From: Silvibacterium sp.
GTDB taxonomy: Bacteria; Acidobacteriota; Terriglobia; Terriglobales; Acidobacteriaceae
DNA: 48,544 nt
Reading direction: 5' to 3'
Assembly (NCBI GenBank): GCA_019232935.1
Contig: JAFAMZ010000013.1
Span: 1-48,544, forward strand
A program made the translations under genes and the position numbers. Position 1 is the stretch's first letter; every line of letters begins with the position of its first letter. Of this stretch, positions 20,396 through 29,809 are shown one piece after another. The notes beneath the pieces are model-generated. The model searched no databases, was not told the DNA's origin, and was given only the letters and a program-made list of their open reading frames with translations.

Positions 20396-22822
20396 CTATT
20401 TGGTGATTTTGGTGAAGGCTGTCGATTGGTTGTTGGGATTGGAATTCGGATTCTCGCTGGTGATCGTGGCGGTGTTGGCGATCTTCGATCCGGTCGGGCC
20501 GGTGGCGCGAACCTTGATTTCAATGTTGTACACAGCGAGACCGCTCCAGTTGGTAACGCCCAGTGAATTCAGTGTGCAGGTCAGCGTGCCGCCGGAGTAG
20601 GAGCACTGCGAACCCTCCGGAGTGTAGGAACAGCCCTTGGCGCCACAGGTGAAGAGCTGCGCATCGGCGCTAATGAAAGCCACGCCCGCGGGGAGCGCGT
20701 CGGTCACGACAACGCCGCTGGCCGGATTCTTGCCGAAGTTGGCCGCCGAGATGTCGTACTCGAAGACGCTGTTCTGCTTCACGACTGGAGGAGCCAGCTT
20801 GATCATGGCCAGATTGACCGGGGGAGGAGCCACCACCGTGTAACTCACCGACTGCGGCGTTCCGCTGTTGCCGGCCGCATCGGTTACGTTGACGGTGAAG
20901 GTGTAGGTACCGGCCTTGGAGGTATCGATCGGGCTGGTGATGGGGCCGGTGTTCTGCGTGGGTGTGGCGAAGCTCGATTTTCCGCAGGTGACGACGCCGG
21001 ACAGAGCATCGGTGCAGCTGTAACCAGCGGTCGCGCTCTGGCCTACAGCGTAAGAGTTGGCCACACCGAAGTTGGTCGAGGGGGGAGGATTCAGCGTCGG
21101 GCCGGAGGCCACGGCGGGCGCAGTGGTGTCTACGTTGACGGGAACGGTATAGAACAGGGTCGACCAGCTTCCCATTGAGTCCTGCGTGAACTTCAGCTCC
21201 TCGGTGCTGGCGCAGTCGCGGGCAAAGTAATGCAACGCGTACATGCCGTCTCCGGGGAAAGTAATCTGCTGCTGGGGCGGCGTGAAGGGGGTAGCCGTAT
21301 AGTTCTTAGTACCCGCGGTCGGGCACGCAATGCTGTTGGTCAGCGTTGTGTCTCCGGGAATGGGAGCCGGGGGCAGGGGCACGTTCGATGCCGGAGAGAC
21401 GCCGTAGGTGATGCTGGCGATCGGTGCGGCAAGGAAGTTCGCGGCTGCAGGCGGCGGGTTCGCGACGCCGGTGAATGTGGGCGGCTGGCTTGAGAAGGTG
21501 ACGTTAGCCGTACTGGAGTTGATCCAGCCGTAGGGTGTCTGGCCGGCCACCGTCACGGTGGTCAGGTCCTCGGGAACGGGTGCGATCGTAATGAAACTCG
21601 AATTCGGATGCGTGCCGTGGATGGTGCTGGTGTAGTCGCCGGGGCCACTGAATTGAACCAGCAGGTTCTGCGGGCAAAGCAGGGTGGCGAAGTCGGTGGA
21701 TGGATCGAACTGGCAGGGGCCGGGGGGCGCCCAGCCTTCGCTGCCCATCAGGAAACCGACGCCCTGGTGGAAGGTGGGGCCGCCGGTTACAACGATGTCC
21801 GGCAGCGTGAAGGCCGGGCCGTCGAAGTCTTCCATGAATACTTCGTTTGGCGATGTCGATACCGGGCACTGCGCGCCACTCTGGGATGTTCCCTGCCCGA
21901 TGAGGCATTGCAGGGTGTAGAGCTTGCAGACCGGGTTCCCGGTTGTGAGGGACAATTCGCCGGTGTGCGTAAGGCAATTGGAGGTTGCGAAGGAGGTTTG
22001 GGTGACATAGGCGGCCCAGGCCGTCGGCTCGATCGGCATATCGGCAAGGTTGGGCGTCGAGCCATCTGTAATGGTCAGGGTCTCCGCCGACTCAGCCGCC
22101 GAGAGGTCGTAGGTGAACTTCAGCAACTGGCCGGTGGTCGAGTCGAAGGGAAAGGTCTGCGTCAACTGTTGCAGCGTAGGTTTCGTAGACGAGATGGGAT
22201 TGCCGGTGATCTGGGCGGGGCCTTTGACTCCTTGCTGCGAGCAGCTGGTGCTGAGGTAGAGCGAGGAACTGGCGAGGTATCCGCCGGTGTCGACCAGGTC
22301 GAAGGTTACCTGTTGAGTGCCGGGCTGCAGGAAGGAGCTGATGTCAATGGGAGCAACGCCGCCCGTGGCCAACGTGACGCCGGGGGTCGTGAAATTGTCG
22401 GGATCCTGACCGGTGAGCTCGCCGTGTGATGCGGGACCCTGGTAGCCGGTGGTGAAGCAATCGTTATAGCCGCCCTCGCTTACGCCTCCGCGGCAAACGT
22501 TCGTTGGCCCGACGGTGGGATCTTCTTCGGCCCCGCTGGTGGTGACGGTGAGATTCACGTAGTTATCCACGAGAAGATTTTCCGGACCACTCGAAGTAAT
22601 AGGTCCTGAGAGCACAGCCGTGATTGGCGCTCCTGCCGGACAACTCAACTGCAAGGTAGTGGAGCTGAATATGTTTGGGTTCGCATTACTGGTTCCATTG
22701 GCTGAAAGGCGAACGTTGACCGGACCGAAAAGCTGAATCGAGTTCTGGGCAAAAAGTGCCGAGGCGGTCGAAAAGACACACCCGGCCAGGGCAACGCAAC
22801 GCAGAAAGCGGGCCTTTTTCAT
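20396..22822 (-). CDS. Large secreted Thr/Gly/Pro/Cys-rich protein with Ig-like repeats and a C-terminal DUF11-like domain
   Basis: ATG 22822 after SD AGGAGA; signal peptide; YSCTDALSGV, DTSKAGTYTFTV..TDAAGN; DUF11-like N.G..PASGVVVTDALPAG and NTATITS..P...NN. Confidence 0.7.
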   Translation of the reverse strand: MKKARFLRCVALAGCVFSTASALFAQNSIQLFGPVNVRLSANGTSNANPNIFSSTTLQLSCPAGAPITAVLSGPITSSGPENLLVDNYVNLTVTTSGAEEDPTVGPTNVCRGGVSEGGYNDCFTTGYQGPASHGELTGQDPDNFTTPGVTLATGGVAPIDISSFLQPGTQQVTFDLVDTGGYLASSSLYLSTSCSQQGVKGPAQITGNPISSTKPTLQQLTQTFPFDSTTGQLLKFTYDLSAAESAETLTITDGSTPNLADMPIEPTAWAAYVTQTSFATSNCLTHTGELSLTTGNPVCKLYTLQCLIGQGTSQSGAQCPVSTSPNEVFMEDFDGPAFTLPDIVVTGGPTFHQGVGFLMGSEGWAPPGPCQFDPSTDFATLLCPQNLLVQFSGPGDYTSTIHGTHPNSSFITIAPVPEDLTTVTVAGQTPYGWINSSTANVTFSSQPPTFTGVANPPPAAANFLAAPIASITYGVSPASNVPLPPAPIPGDTTLTNSIACPTAGTKNYTATPFTPPQQQITFPGDGMYALHYFARDCASTEELKFTQDSMGSWSTLFYTVPVNVDTTAPAVASGPTLNPPPSTNFGVANSYAVGQSATAGYSCTDALSGVVTCGKSSFATPTQNTGPITSPIDTSKAGTYTFTVNVTDAAGNSGTPQSVSYTVVAPPPVNLAMIKLAPPVVKQNSVFEYDISAANFGKNPASGVVVTDALPAGVAFISADAQLFTCGAKGCSYTPEGSQCSYSGGTLTCTLNSLGVTNWSGLAVYNIEIKVRATGPTGSKIANTATITSENPNSNPNNQSTAFTKITK

Positions 22823-23036
22823 TTGACGGAATCTCCTGTCAGGGCTAAAGAGCACCGGTCGATCACGCCTCGAAGGATACTTCTTGGGCCCATCGTGGCG
22901 GGCCGGGGGAACATCAGCTCCCAATGAGGTCGCGGCGAATGTGAGGTTCCGGAGGGGAACTAGAAACTGCCGGAAACGTTAGGATTGTCTAACCGGTAAA
23001 CGGCGCTGTCAATGTAAAAAGTACTGTCGCAGGAAC

Positions 23037-23066
23037 AAAAAAAAACCGCATGCAACAGCATGCGGT
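23037..23066 (-). terminator. Rho-independent terminator after the 2OG-Fe(II) oxygenase gene
   Basis: ACCGCATGC-N4-GCATGCGGT stem with a T9 run on the minus strand. Confidence 0.8.
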
Positions 23067-23094
23067 GTCCGAAATAAACCTGTCGTTTGGTTTT

Positions 23095-23904
23095 TTACCT
23101 GCGAAGGCTCCGTACCGCATCGGCCACGATAGGTGGGGTGACTGCATGCACAAACTTTTTCAACACCGATGGCCTCACTTCAACGTCTTCAGGCCGCTTC
23201 ATGAAGAGCGTCGAATGCGAATCGTTCATCTCCTCCTCGGGACGGCCATTGGAGTAGTAGTAGGTTGCGATCGACTTGCGGGCGCGCTCCGGCGGACAGG
23301 CGAGAGGCGTCGGGTGTCCATGGTAAGAGGTGGAAGTGGTGCTGAAGATAGCGCAGCGATTGAAGATGGGCAAAATCTTCAGCTCGCAGGCTGTCATGTC
23401 CCTGTTCCATAGTTCGAAATGCCCGCCGTACTCTTCTTTCCAGTCCTTATTGAGATAGACAAGTACGTTGATTCGCCGTTCCAGATTCAGCTTGGCGTGA
23501 TGGTTGAAGTCGGCGTGCACATCGAGCTTTCCGCCGCGCCTGATCTGGTGCAGTCCTCCGCCGACGTAATAGGGATCGGGAATTACTCCCTTGATCCCGG
23601 TGAGCACCTCAAGAAACTGAAGCATGGGGCGGCTGTTGAGGAAGTAGAGAACGTCCCGGTCCCCGGTGGGCAGCTTTTCGACTACATCGAACGCCAGCTT
23701 CTTTTCGTTGGGATTATCGAATTGCTGCCACTTCAGTTCTTTAGGTTCGGGAAACTCACGCAGGGCAGCTTCGGCGGCCTCGGCAGGCAGAAAGTCGTCA
23801 AAGTAGATATGCGGGAAAGGTTTGCCGTTTTTGTACCTTTCCGCATTTTCCCGGGCCAGACGCTCCAGCTTCAACGCAAATTCATCGCTCAGCAATTCCT
23901 TCAT
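23095..23904 (-). CDS. 2OG-Fe(II) oxygenase (prolyl-hydroxylase-like)
   Basis: GGGLH, HAD (HxD), YLN..W..EYGG.., distal HG, R.SIA.YYY. Confidence 0.9.
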   Translation of the reverse strand: MKELLSDEFALKLERLARENAERYKNGKPFPHIYFDDFLPAEAAEAALREFPEPKELKWQQFDNPNEKKLAFDVVEKLPTGDRDVLYFLNSRPMLQFLEVLTGIKGVIPDPYYVGGGLHQIRRGGKLDVHADFNHHAKLNLERRINVLVYLNKDWKEEYGGHFELWNRDMTACELKILPIFNRCAIFSTTSTSYHGHPTPLACPPERARKSIATYYYSNGRPEEEMNDSHSTLFMKRPEDVEVRPSVLKKFVHAVTPPIVADAVRSLRR

Positions 23905-24043
23905 GGATTTTCCTTGTTGTTGGGGGCGCGATCGAGCGCCGCGTTCAGCTATCCGATGGGTTCAAGTCCAGTCTAAAAAGCGTTCCCGCCATGGGCAATA
24001 ACACTTAAGTTCGGGAAGTAACCGGTCCGGAGTAGCGGCGGCT

Positions 24044-25444
24044 CTACCACGGGATCCCGGCAAATGGCGATCCGAAACCCAGAGACCAGCGAAGCGCCAG
24101 GGCCGCGGCCAGCGAAACAACGAAGGCCAGTGTGAGCCATGCATCCTGTGCAAACAGGCGAATGCGCTCGCGATACGCGCTGTACAGGCCGACGAAATAC
24201 ATTGGCAAGTCGGCGACTGCAACCGCCAACACCGCTCCGGTCATTCCCAGGAAATGAAAGCCGACCGGCAGTGCTATGTAAAGCGAAACGCAATACACAA
24301 AGTAGCCCAGCGCGTTGTAATGTGCCTTCTGCAGTGACAAAATCGCGGGGAACGTGGTGCTGTAAAGAAGGGTGTGCCAGAGGCCGAGCGCGAGAATGCC
24401 GATCATCCATGCGGCCGCATGATAACGATGGTCGTAGACATGGGTGATGAAGAGGTCGCCGGTGCAGATGACCAGGATGAGCATGAGGCCGCCGAGGGCA
24501 AGCACCAGCTTCCGGTATTTGAGAAGGATGTCTTGATATTCGCGGCGGGGCCTGGCGGAGAACCGGGCAATGAAAGGGAACCCCACACGGCCGCAGAATT
24601 GAAGAATGATCTGGCGAGGAACGTCTGATATCTGGAACGCAATGCCGTAGATGCCCAGCAACTGGAAGGAGATGAGTTTGGCAAGAATGAGCCGGTCGGA
24701 CTGACCGGCGAGAAAGGTAAGCCCGGTACCGATAAGAATCCAACGGCCAAACTTTACCAGCGCGCGCAGCGACTCGGTGTGCCAGGTGAAACGGGGCCTG
24801 AGCTCCGGCATAAGGAAATAGCTGGCGATGGTGCGCACTAATTCAGATATGAGACGGCCGGCCACCAGCGCCATCAGCGAAGGCTGATAAAGCGCCCACA
24901 CCAGCGTGACCACGAATTGCACGATCTGTTGCAGAAGCTCGAGCGCCGAGATCTTGCCGACTCCCAGGTGGCGCGCGAGACTGAGCAGGCTTGTGGAAGT
25001 GAATCCGGAGATAGCGTTGCCGAACCCGAGGGCCGGCAAAACCCATAGCAGCCGGGAATCATGGTAGAAATGCGCGACCGGCCAGGCGAGCGGAATGGTG
25101 ATGAGAAAGAGTGCTATGCCGCGGACGACCTGCACGGTCCATGCGGTATTGAGGAATGTAAGGTTGTCGCCGCGCGGGTCCTGGATGATGCTGTCCTGCA
25201 GGCCGATGTGCGAGAACAGGTACATTCCAAGAATGATGGTGCTCACGAGGGTGAGAACGCCGAAGAGTTCAGGCGCAAACAGACGGCTGAGCACGATGCT
25301 GCTGACCAGCCTCAGCGCAAGCGCCAGCCCATAAGAGATGGTGACAAAATATGTGCCGCGGACGGCCTTCGATTCGAGCGCACGAAGCGGCGAATCGTCC
25401 AGATCCTCGCGGGGCGATGGAGTAAGCTCCGCGTTGACGGTCAT
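24044..25444 (-). CDS. Oligosaccharide flippase (Wzx-like)
   Basis: About 12 TM segments; LSRLFAPELFG, TAWTVQVVRG, DRLILAK, LGIYGIA typical of the polysaccharide export (MOP) family. Confidence 0.88.
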   Translation of the reverse strand: MTVNAELTPSPREDLDDSPLRALESKAVRGTYFVTISYGLALALRLVSSIVLSRLFAPELFGVLTLVSTIILGMYLFSHIGLQDSIIQDPRGDNLTFLNTAWTVQVVRGIALFLITIPLAWPVAHFYHDSRLLWVLPALGFGNAISGFTSTSLLSLARHLGVGKISALELLQQIVQFVVTLVWALYQPSLMALVAGRLISELVRTIASYFLMPELRPRFTWHTESLRALVKFGRWILIGTGLTFLAGQSDRLILAKLISFQLLGIYGIAFQISDVPRQIILQFCGRVGFPFIARFSARPRREYQDILLKYRKLVLALGGLMLILVICTGDLFITHVYDHRYHAAAWMIGILALGLWHTLLYSTTFPAILSLQKAHYNALGYFVYCVSLYIALPVGFHFLGMTGAVLAVAVADLPMYFVGLYSAYRERIRLFAQDAWLTLAFVVSLAAALALRWSLGFGSPFAGIPW

Positions 25445-25685
25445 GACAGGCCGGGACCAGTCCCTCGGCTCGATTCAGGCTTGGATTTCATTTTCCCTTA
25501 TTGTTTCGTTTTTCAAGGAAACACTTGCGTGGGGCCGAGGCAAACTGGCAATTCGAAGCATCAGCAATAGTCAGGGTACCAGTAACTACATTTATTGCTA
25601 TTATGCCCGAGGGTGATGTAAACCCTACCTTCGTGGCATACCGCATCAAGAAGACCTGGGAGTATGGTAGACGAGAGGAGCATGC

Positions 25686-26582
25686 ATGCCGACCACTCCC
25701 ACGCAAATGCACCTGACTGCTTCCATTTTTAATGCCGCAAATCCCGGGTTTCGGGAAAACTTTGATGAAAAGCCTTTTGAATTTACTCACTGCTTTTGCG
25801 CCGATCATCCTCTGTTCCAGTTATCGCGACTTCGTCAATTAATTGACGATCCAGTTACGCGCCCCGGCATCTACTACGACGCCGGAGAAATCGGCATCGG
25901 GCAGAGATGGGATTCCGTGCCCGAGCGCAAACAGACGCTCGAGGAAACCTTCGACAGAATTGACAATGCCGGAGCGTGGATCCTGATGAAGCGCGTCCAC
26001 AAAGACCCCGATTACAGCGAAGTGCTTGACGAGTGCCTCAAGGAAGTTCAGCGCCTGAGCGGACGCCAGATCGATCAGGACAAAAAGAGTCAGGAGGCGA
26101 TCATCTTTCTGACGTCGCCCAATCGGGTGACTTCCTACCATATCGATCGCGAGTGCAACTTTTTGATGCAGGTGCGGGGCGAAAAGGAAATCAGCGTCTT
26201 CGATCGCAACGACCGTGAGGTACTTCCGGAAACCGAACTGGAGACCTTCTGGTCGAAAGACAACAACGCCGGAGTCTACAAGCCGCAGTATCAGAACCGG
26301 GCCACCGTATTTCTGATGAAGCCGGGCACGGGCGTACACATTCCGGTGAATTTTCCGCACTGGCTGAAGAACGGCAATAACGTCTCTATCTCGCTGAGTA
26401 TCAGCTATCAGTACAAGGATTGGCAGCGTAAGTATGTCTTCCAGGCGAACTACTATCTGAGGAAGATGGGACTGAATCCGACGCCTCCAGGCAAGTCGGC
26501 GCTTCTGGATAATACGAAGCGGATGGTTATGCAGGCCGGATTTGCCGGCAAGAAATTGTTGCAGCAAAAGCGGGCCAACTAA
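25686..26582 (+). CDS. JmjC/cupin-like Fe(II)-dependent oxygenase 1
   Basis: VTSYHIDRECNFLMQVRGEK (HxD), PG.GVHIP..FPHW (distal His), SISLS; SD GAGGAG. Confidence 0.8.
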   Translation: MPTTPTQMHLTASIFNAANPGFRENFDEKPFEFTHCFCADHPLFQLSRLRQLIDDPVTRPGIYYDAGEIGIGQRWDSVPERKQTLEETFDRIDNAGAWILMKRVHKDPDYSEVLDECLKEVQRLSGRQIDQDKKSQEAIIFLTSPNRVTSYHIDRECNFLMQVRGEKEISVFDRNDREVLPETELETFWSKDNNAGVYKPQYQNRATVFLMKPGTGVHIPVNFPHWLKNGNNVSISLSISYQYKDWQRKYVFQANYYLRKMGLNPTPPGKSALLDNTKRMVMQAGFAGKKLLQQKRAN

Positions 26583-26653
26583 CCGTTCTCAAATCCGCCC
26601 GCGGGTATTCAAGCCCTCTCGCATCGCTAAGTGAAACCACAACAGGGACCCGG

Positions 26654-27427
26654 ATGAAAACGATATTGCAACGAGCTGTTGCGATTGTGCGAGACCTCTA
26701 CACCTACCGCTACTTCAACGATCCTGAGAAGGCGCCACGCTATCGAGGCGTATATGCAACTTTTGAAGAGGCGGAAAGGGCCATTCCGAAAGGCAGGCCC
26801 GAGGGATTCAACCTGGACGAAGTGCCGGAGTTCTTTATCGGCAAGCAGTTTCTCTTCAACCCCCAGGACTACCCGGTACTTGTCTGGCTCTCACAGGCTT
26901 TCGAGCCCGGATGCAGAGTCTTCGACCTGGGGGGCGGATTCGGCCAGTGCTACTACAAATACCGGGAGTACATCCGCTATCCAGAGGGTCTGGAGTGGAC
27001 GGTATGCGATGTGGAGTCGTTTGCCTCGCGCGGGCCGGAGTTCGCCCGGCAACAGAATGCCGACGCTCTGCACTTCACCACCGAACGCGCTGCAGCGGAT
27101 GGTTCGACCATCTACCTCACGAACGGCGCGCTGCAGTATATCGAGCCGGACCTTCCGGAGATCCTCGGTCAGCTTTCATCGAAGCCCCGTCATGTACTGG
27201 TCAACAGGGTGCCCCTGTATGACGGCGAACCATATTTCAGCGTACAGTCGTCGCTTCATTCCTTCGTGGTGCACAAGGTAGGAAATACCACCCGGCTTAT
27301 CCGCGGCATGGAAGCGTTGGGATACTCGGCGATCGATCAGTGGACGCTGCCGCGTTCGATGCACGTCTACTTTCATCCCGAGTGCGATGTGCCGAGTTTT
27401 CGCGGGTTCTACTTCCGAAAGAGCTGA
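26654..27427 (+). CDS. SAM-dependent methyltransferase (TIGR04325/LIC12133-like)
   Basis: DYPVL.WL, VFDLGGGFG, WTVCDV, GALQY motifs. Confidence 0.8.
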   Translation: MKTILQRAVAIVRDLYTYRYFNDPEKAPRYRGVYATFEEAERAIPKGRPEGFNLDEVPEFFIGKQFLFNPQDYPVLVWLSQAFEPGCRVFDLGGGFGQCYYKYREYIRYPEGLEWTVCDVESFASRGPEFARQQNADALHFTTERAAADGSTIYLTNGALQYIEPDLPEILGQLSSKPRHVLVNRVPLYDGEPYFSVQSSLHSFVVHKVGNTTRLIRGMEALGYSAIDQWTLPRSMHVYFHPECDVPSFRGFYFRKS

Positions 27428-27433
27428 TCCCCT

Positions 27434-29380
27434 TCAATTGAGCCGGCCGCGCAGCGCCTGCGACAGGCTCGGACCTTTGAGCCCCGCAGCCTGGTCGCGT
27501 TCTTCTTCCGGCTGGGTATCGCCTTCACCGGGCGCGAGAAACAGATTGCTTTCGAAAGCATATTGCCGGGTGTACAGATCGTAGTACTGGCCGCGGGCGG
27601 AAAGCAGTTCGGCATGCGTACCGCGCTCCTGCACCATGCCGCTGTCGATAACCAGGATTTGATCGGCGCGGCGGATGGTTGAGAGCCGGTGCGCGATGAC
27701 AAAGGTGGTGCGCCCGCGCATCAGATACGACAGTCCTTCCTGAATGAGCGCTTCGGATTCCGAGTCGAGGCTCGAAGTCGCTTCATCGAGGATGAGAATA
27801 CGCGGATCGGCGAGGATAGCGCGGGCGATCGAGATGCGCTGCCGCTGGCCTCCCGAGAGTTTCACACCCCGCTCGCCGACAATGGTGTCGTAGCCCTCGG
27901 GGAAGCGGGTAGCGAATTCATCGACGCGGGCGATGCGGGCCGCTTCGAGGATCTCCTCTTCGCGGGCATCGGGGCGGGAGAATGCGACGTTGTCGCGAAT
28001 GGTCCCGTCGAAGAGGAACGACTCCTGCAACACGACGCCAAGATGGGAGCGGTAGCTGCCCAGTTCGATGGTTGTGAGGTCGATGCCATCGAGGAGAATC
28101 TTGCCGCTATCGGGATTATGAAATGCGGTGATCAGGCTGATGATGGTCGATTTGCCCGATCCGGAGGGGCCGACAAGAGCCGTCACGGTCCCGGGCGGAG
28201 CGATGAACGAGACGCCGCGTAGCACCGGCTTGTCAGCGTGATAGGCAAAGTGAAGGTCCTCGAACCGAACTTCGCCGATTAGTCCGCCGGGCGGAATGAT
28301 ATACGTCCGGCGCGGATCATCATCTTCTTCGGCTTCGGCCAGCAGTTCGCGGGTGCGGTCGAGCCCGGCGATGGCCTCGGTGAGCTGGGTTCCCACGGAC
28401 ACCACCTGGAATGCCGGCGCAATGAGATAGGCCAGAAACACCGCATAGGCGCCATACTGGCCGATGGTGAGCTCGTGCCCAAGGTATTCCCGGGTTCCGA
28501 TGAACATGACTAGCGCGCCGATCAGTCCGACAACGACAGTTGACGACACGCTCATGAAGGAAATGGCGGTGATCGACCGCATGATGTTGGCCAGCAGGCG
28601 GCGCACCCCGCCGGCAAAGACGGCTGATTCGCGGGCTTCAGCGCGGTATCCCTTGACGACGCGGACTCCCCCGAGCGACTCGGTGAGCCGTCCGGTGACA
28701 TCGCCGTAGATTTTTGCGCGCTCGTGGTAAATCGGCCGGATGGTGCCAAAGACCTTGCGCAGGGCGAGCGTGAATCCGACCATGATGAGCGTGGCCACGA
28801 TGGTCATCTTGAAGCTGATGCTGATCAGCACGCCCAGAGACATCAGCGCGGTCAACGTTCCGCCAAGGAACTCCATCAGGCCGGTGCCCATCAGGTTGCG
28901 CACACCTTCGACGTCAGACATGATGCGCGAGACGAGCACGCCGGTGCGGTTGGCGTCGTAGAAGGCGATCGGCAGGCGCCCGATATGCGCCTGAATCTGG
29001 ATGCGCAGGTCGGTGATGAGCTCCCACGCCGATTTGGATAGAGACTGCGCGAGAGCGAATGCCGTAATCGCCTGTATGGCGGTAGCCAGAAGCACGCCGC
29101 CGACCAGCGGGAGCAGGAGATATCCGTGCCTGGCAATCATCACCTTGTCGATGAGGACCTTGGTTGAGAGGGGCAGAACCAGTCCCGAGGCGCGATTGAT
29201 GATCAGCAGGATGAGCCCAAAGAGCAGGAGCCATTTCCGGGGGCGCATGATGCTCCAGATTTCGGGCATCACGTTGCGCAGCTGCTCCCGCCGCGTTCTG
29301 ATCGGGGCGGGCCGCTGAAGCACCTGGGGTTCGGTAGGCCGCGATACAGGCGGCGCAGTCTGGTCAGCCAATTGGGTCAT
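27434..29380 (-). CDS. ABC exporter, fused TMD-NBD (MsbA-like)
   Basis: TM domain; Walker A GPSGSGKS, LSGGQ signature, Walker B ILILDE, IAHRLSTI; likely ATG at 29380. Confidence 0.93.
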   Translation of the reverse strand: MTQLADQTAPPVSRPTEPQVLQRPAPIRTRREQLRNVMPEIWSIMRPRKWLLLFGLILLIINRASGLVLPLSTKVLIDKVMIARHGYLLLPLVGGVLLATAIQAITAFALAQSLSKSAWELITDLRIQIQAHIGRLPIAFYDANRTGVLVSRIMSDVEGVRNLMGTGLMEFLGGTLTALMSLGVLISISFKMTIVATLIMVGFTLALRKVFGTIRPIYHERAKIYGDVTGRLTESLGGVRVVKGYRAEARESAVFAGGVRRLLANIMRSITAISFMSVSSTVVVGLIGALVMFIGTREYLGHELTIGQYGAYAVFLAYLIAPAFQVVSVGTQLTEAIAGLDRTRELLAEAEEDDDPRRTYIIPPGGLIGEVRFEDLHFAYHADKPVLRGVSFIAPPGTVTALVGPSGSGKSTIISLITAFHNPDSGKILLDGIDLTTIELGSYRSHLGVVLQESFLFDGTIRDNVAFSRPDAREEEILEAARIARVDEFATRFPEGYDTIVGERGVKLSGGQRQRISIARAILADPRILILDEATSSLDSESEALIQEGLSYLMRGRTTFVIAHRLSTIRRADQILVIDSGMVQERGTHAELLSARGQYYDLYTRQYAFESNLFLAPGEGDTQPEEERDQAAGLKGPSLSQALRGRLN

Positions 29381-29809
29381 TGCCAGGCATTTTCTCCGAG
29401 TAGGGCTGAAACGGCTGCACGGGGCGGGCGCGGCAGATGCCAAAAAAGCCGCGCAGCGTAGAACCTCTCGTTCCGTCGCAACAAGTTATCCGGTTGCGCT
29501 ACAGCGATTAACGGAAGATTTCCGGGGCGGTGGAGCAAGTGGCGCATCCACGAAATCCCGTTCAGTATAGCCCGATTTCCGGCAAGCGTCTTAGCGCAAC
29601 TGCTACAACTTTCGTGCGCTAGACGACTTGCAGCGAGGCTCGTTGACGAATCGATTGAGCAAGGATTAAGCAAACGCCGCGCGATTGCTCCTCGTACAGC
29701 TGGAAAAGAAATACTCCCGGGTGTCTGAATGAGATTCTGCTGCAGACTCCGCCGGTTGAACAGTGTGTGCGACTTGAAATGTGTTCTCGTAAAGCTCCGA
29801 AACAATCGA

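Noticed and set aside
25539-25580. c-di-GMP-I riboswitch (GGCAAAC) upstream of oxygenase 1
   Set aside because: Lacks the GNRA-capped P2 stem and the downstream GACGCAAA element
29428-29443. Sigma54 promoter for the ABC exporter (TTGGCA...GC on the minus strand)
   Set aside because: GG-N10-GC spacing fits, but the -12 TTGC is poor and such matches are frequent in GC-rich DNA
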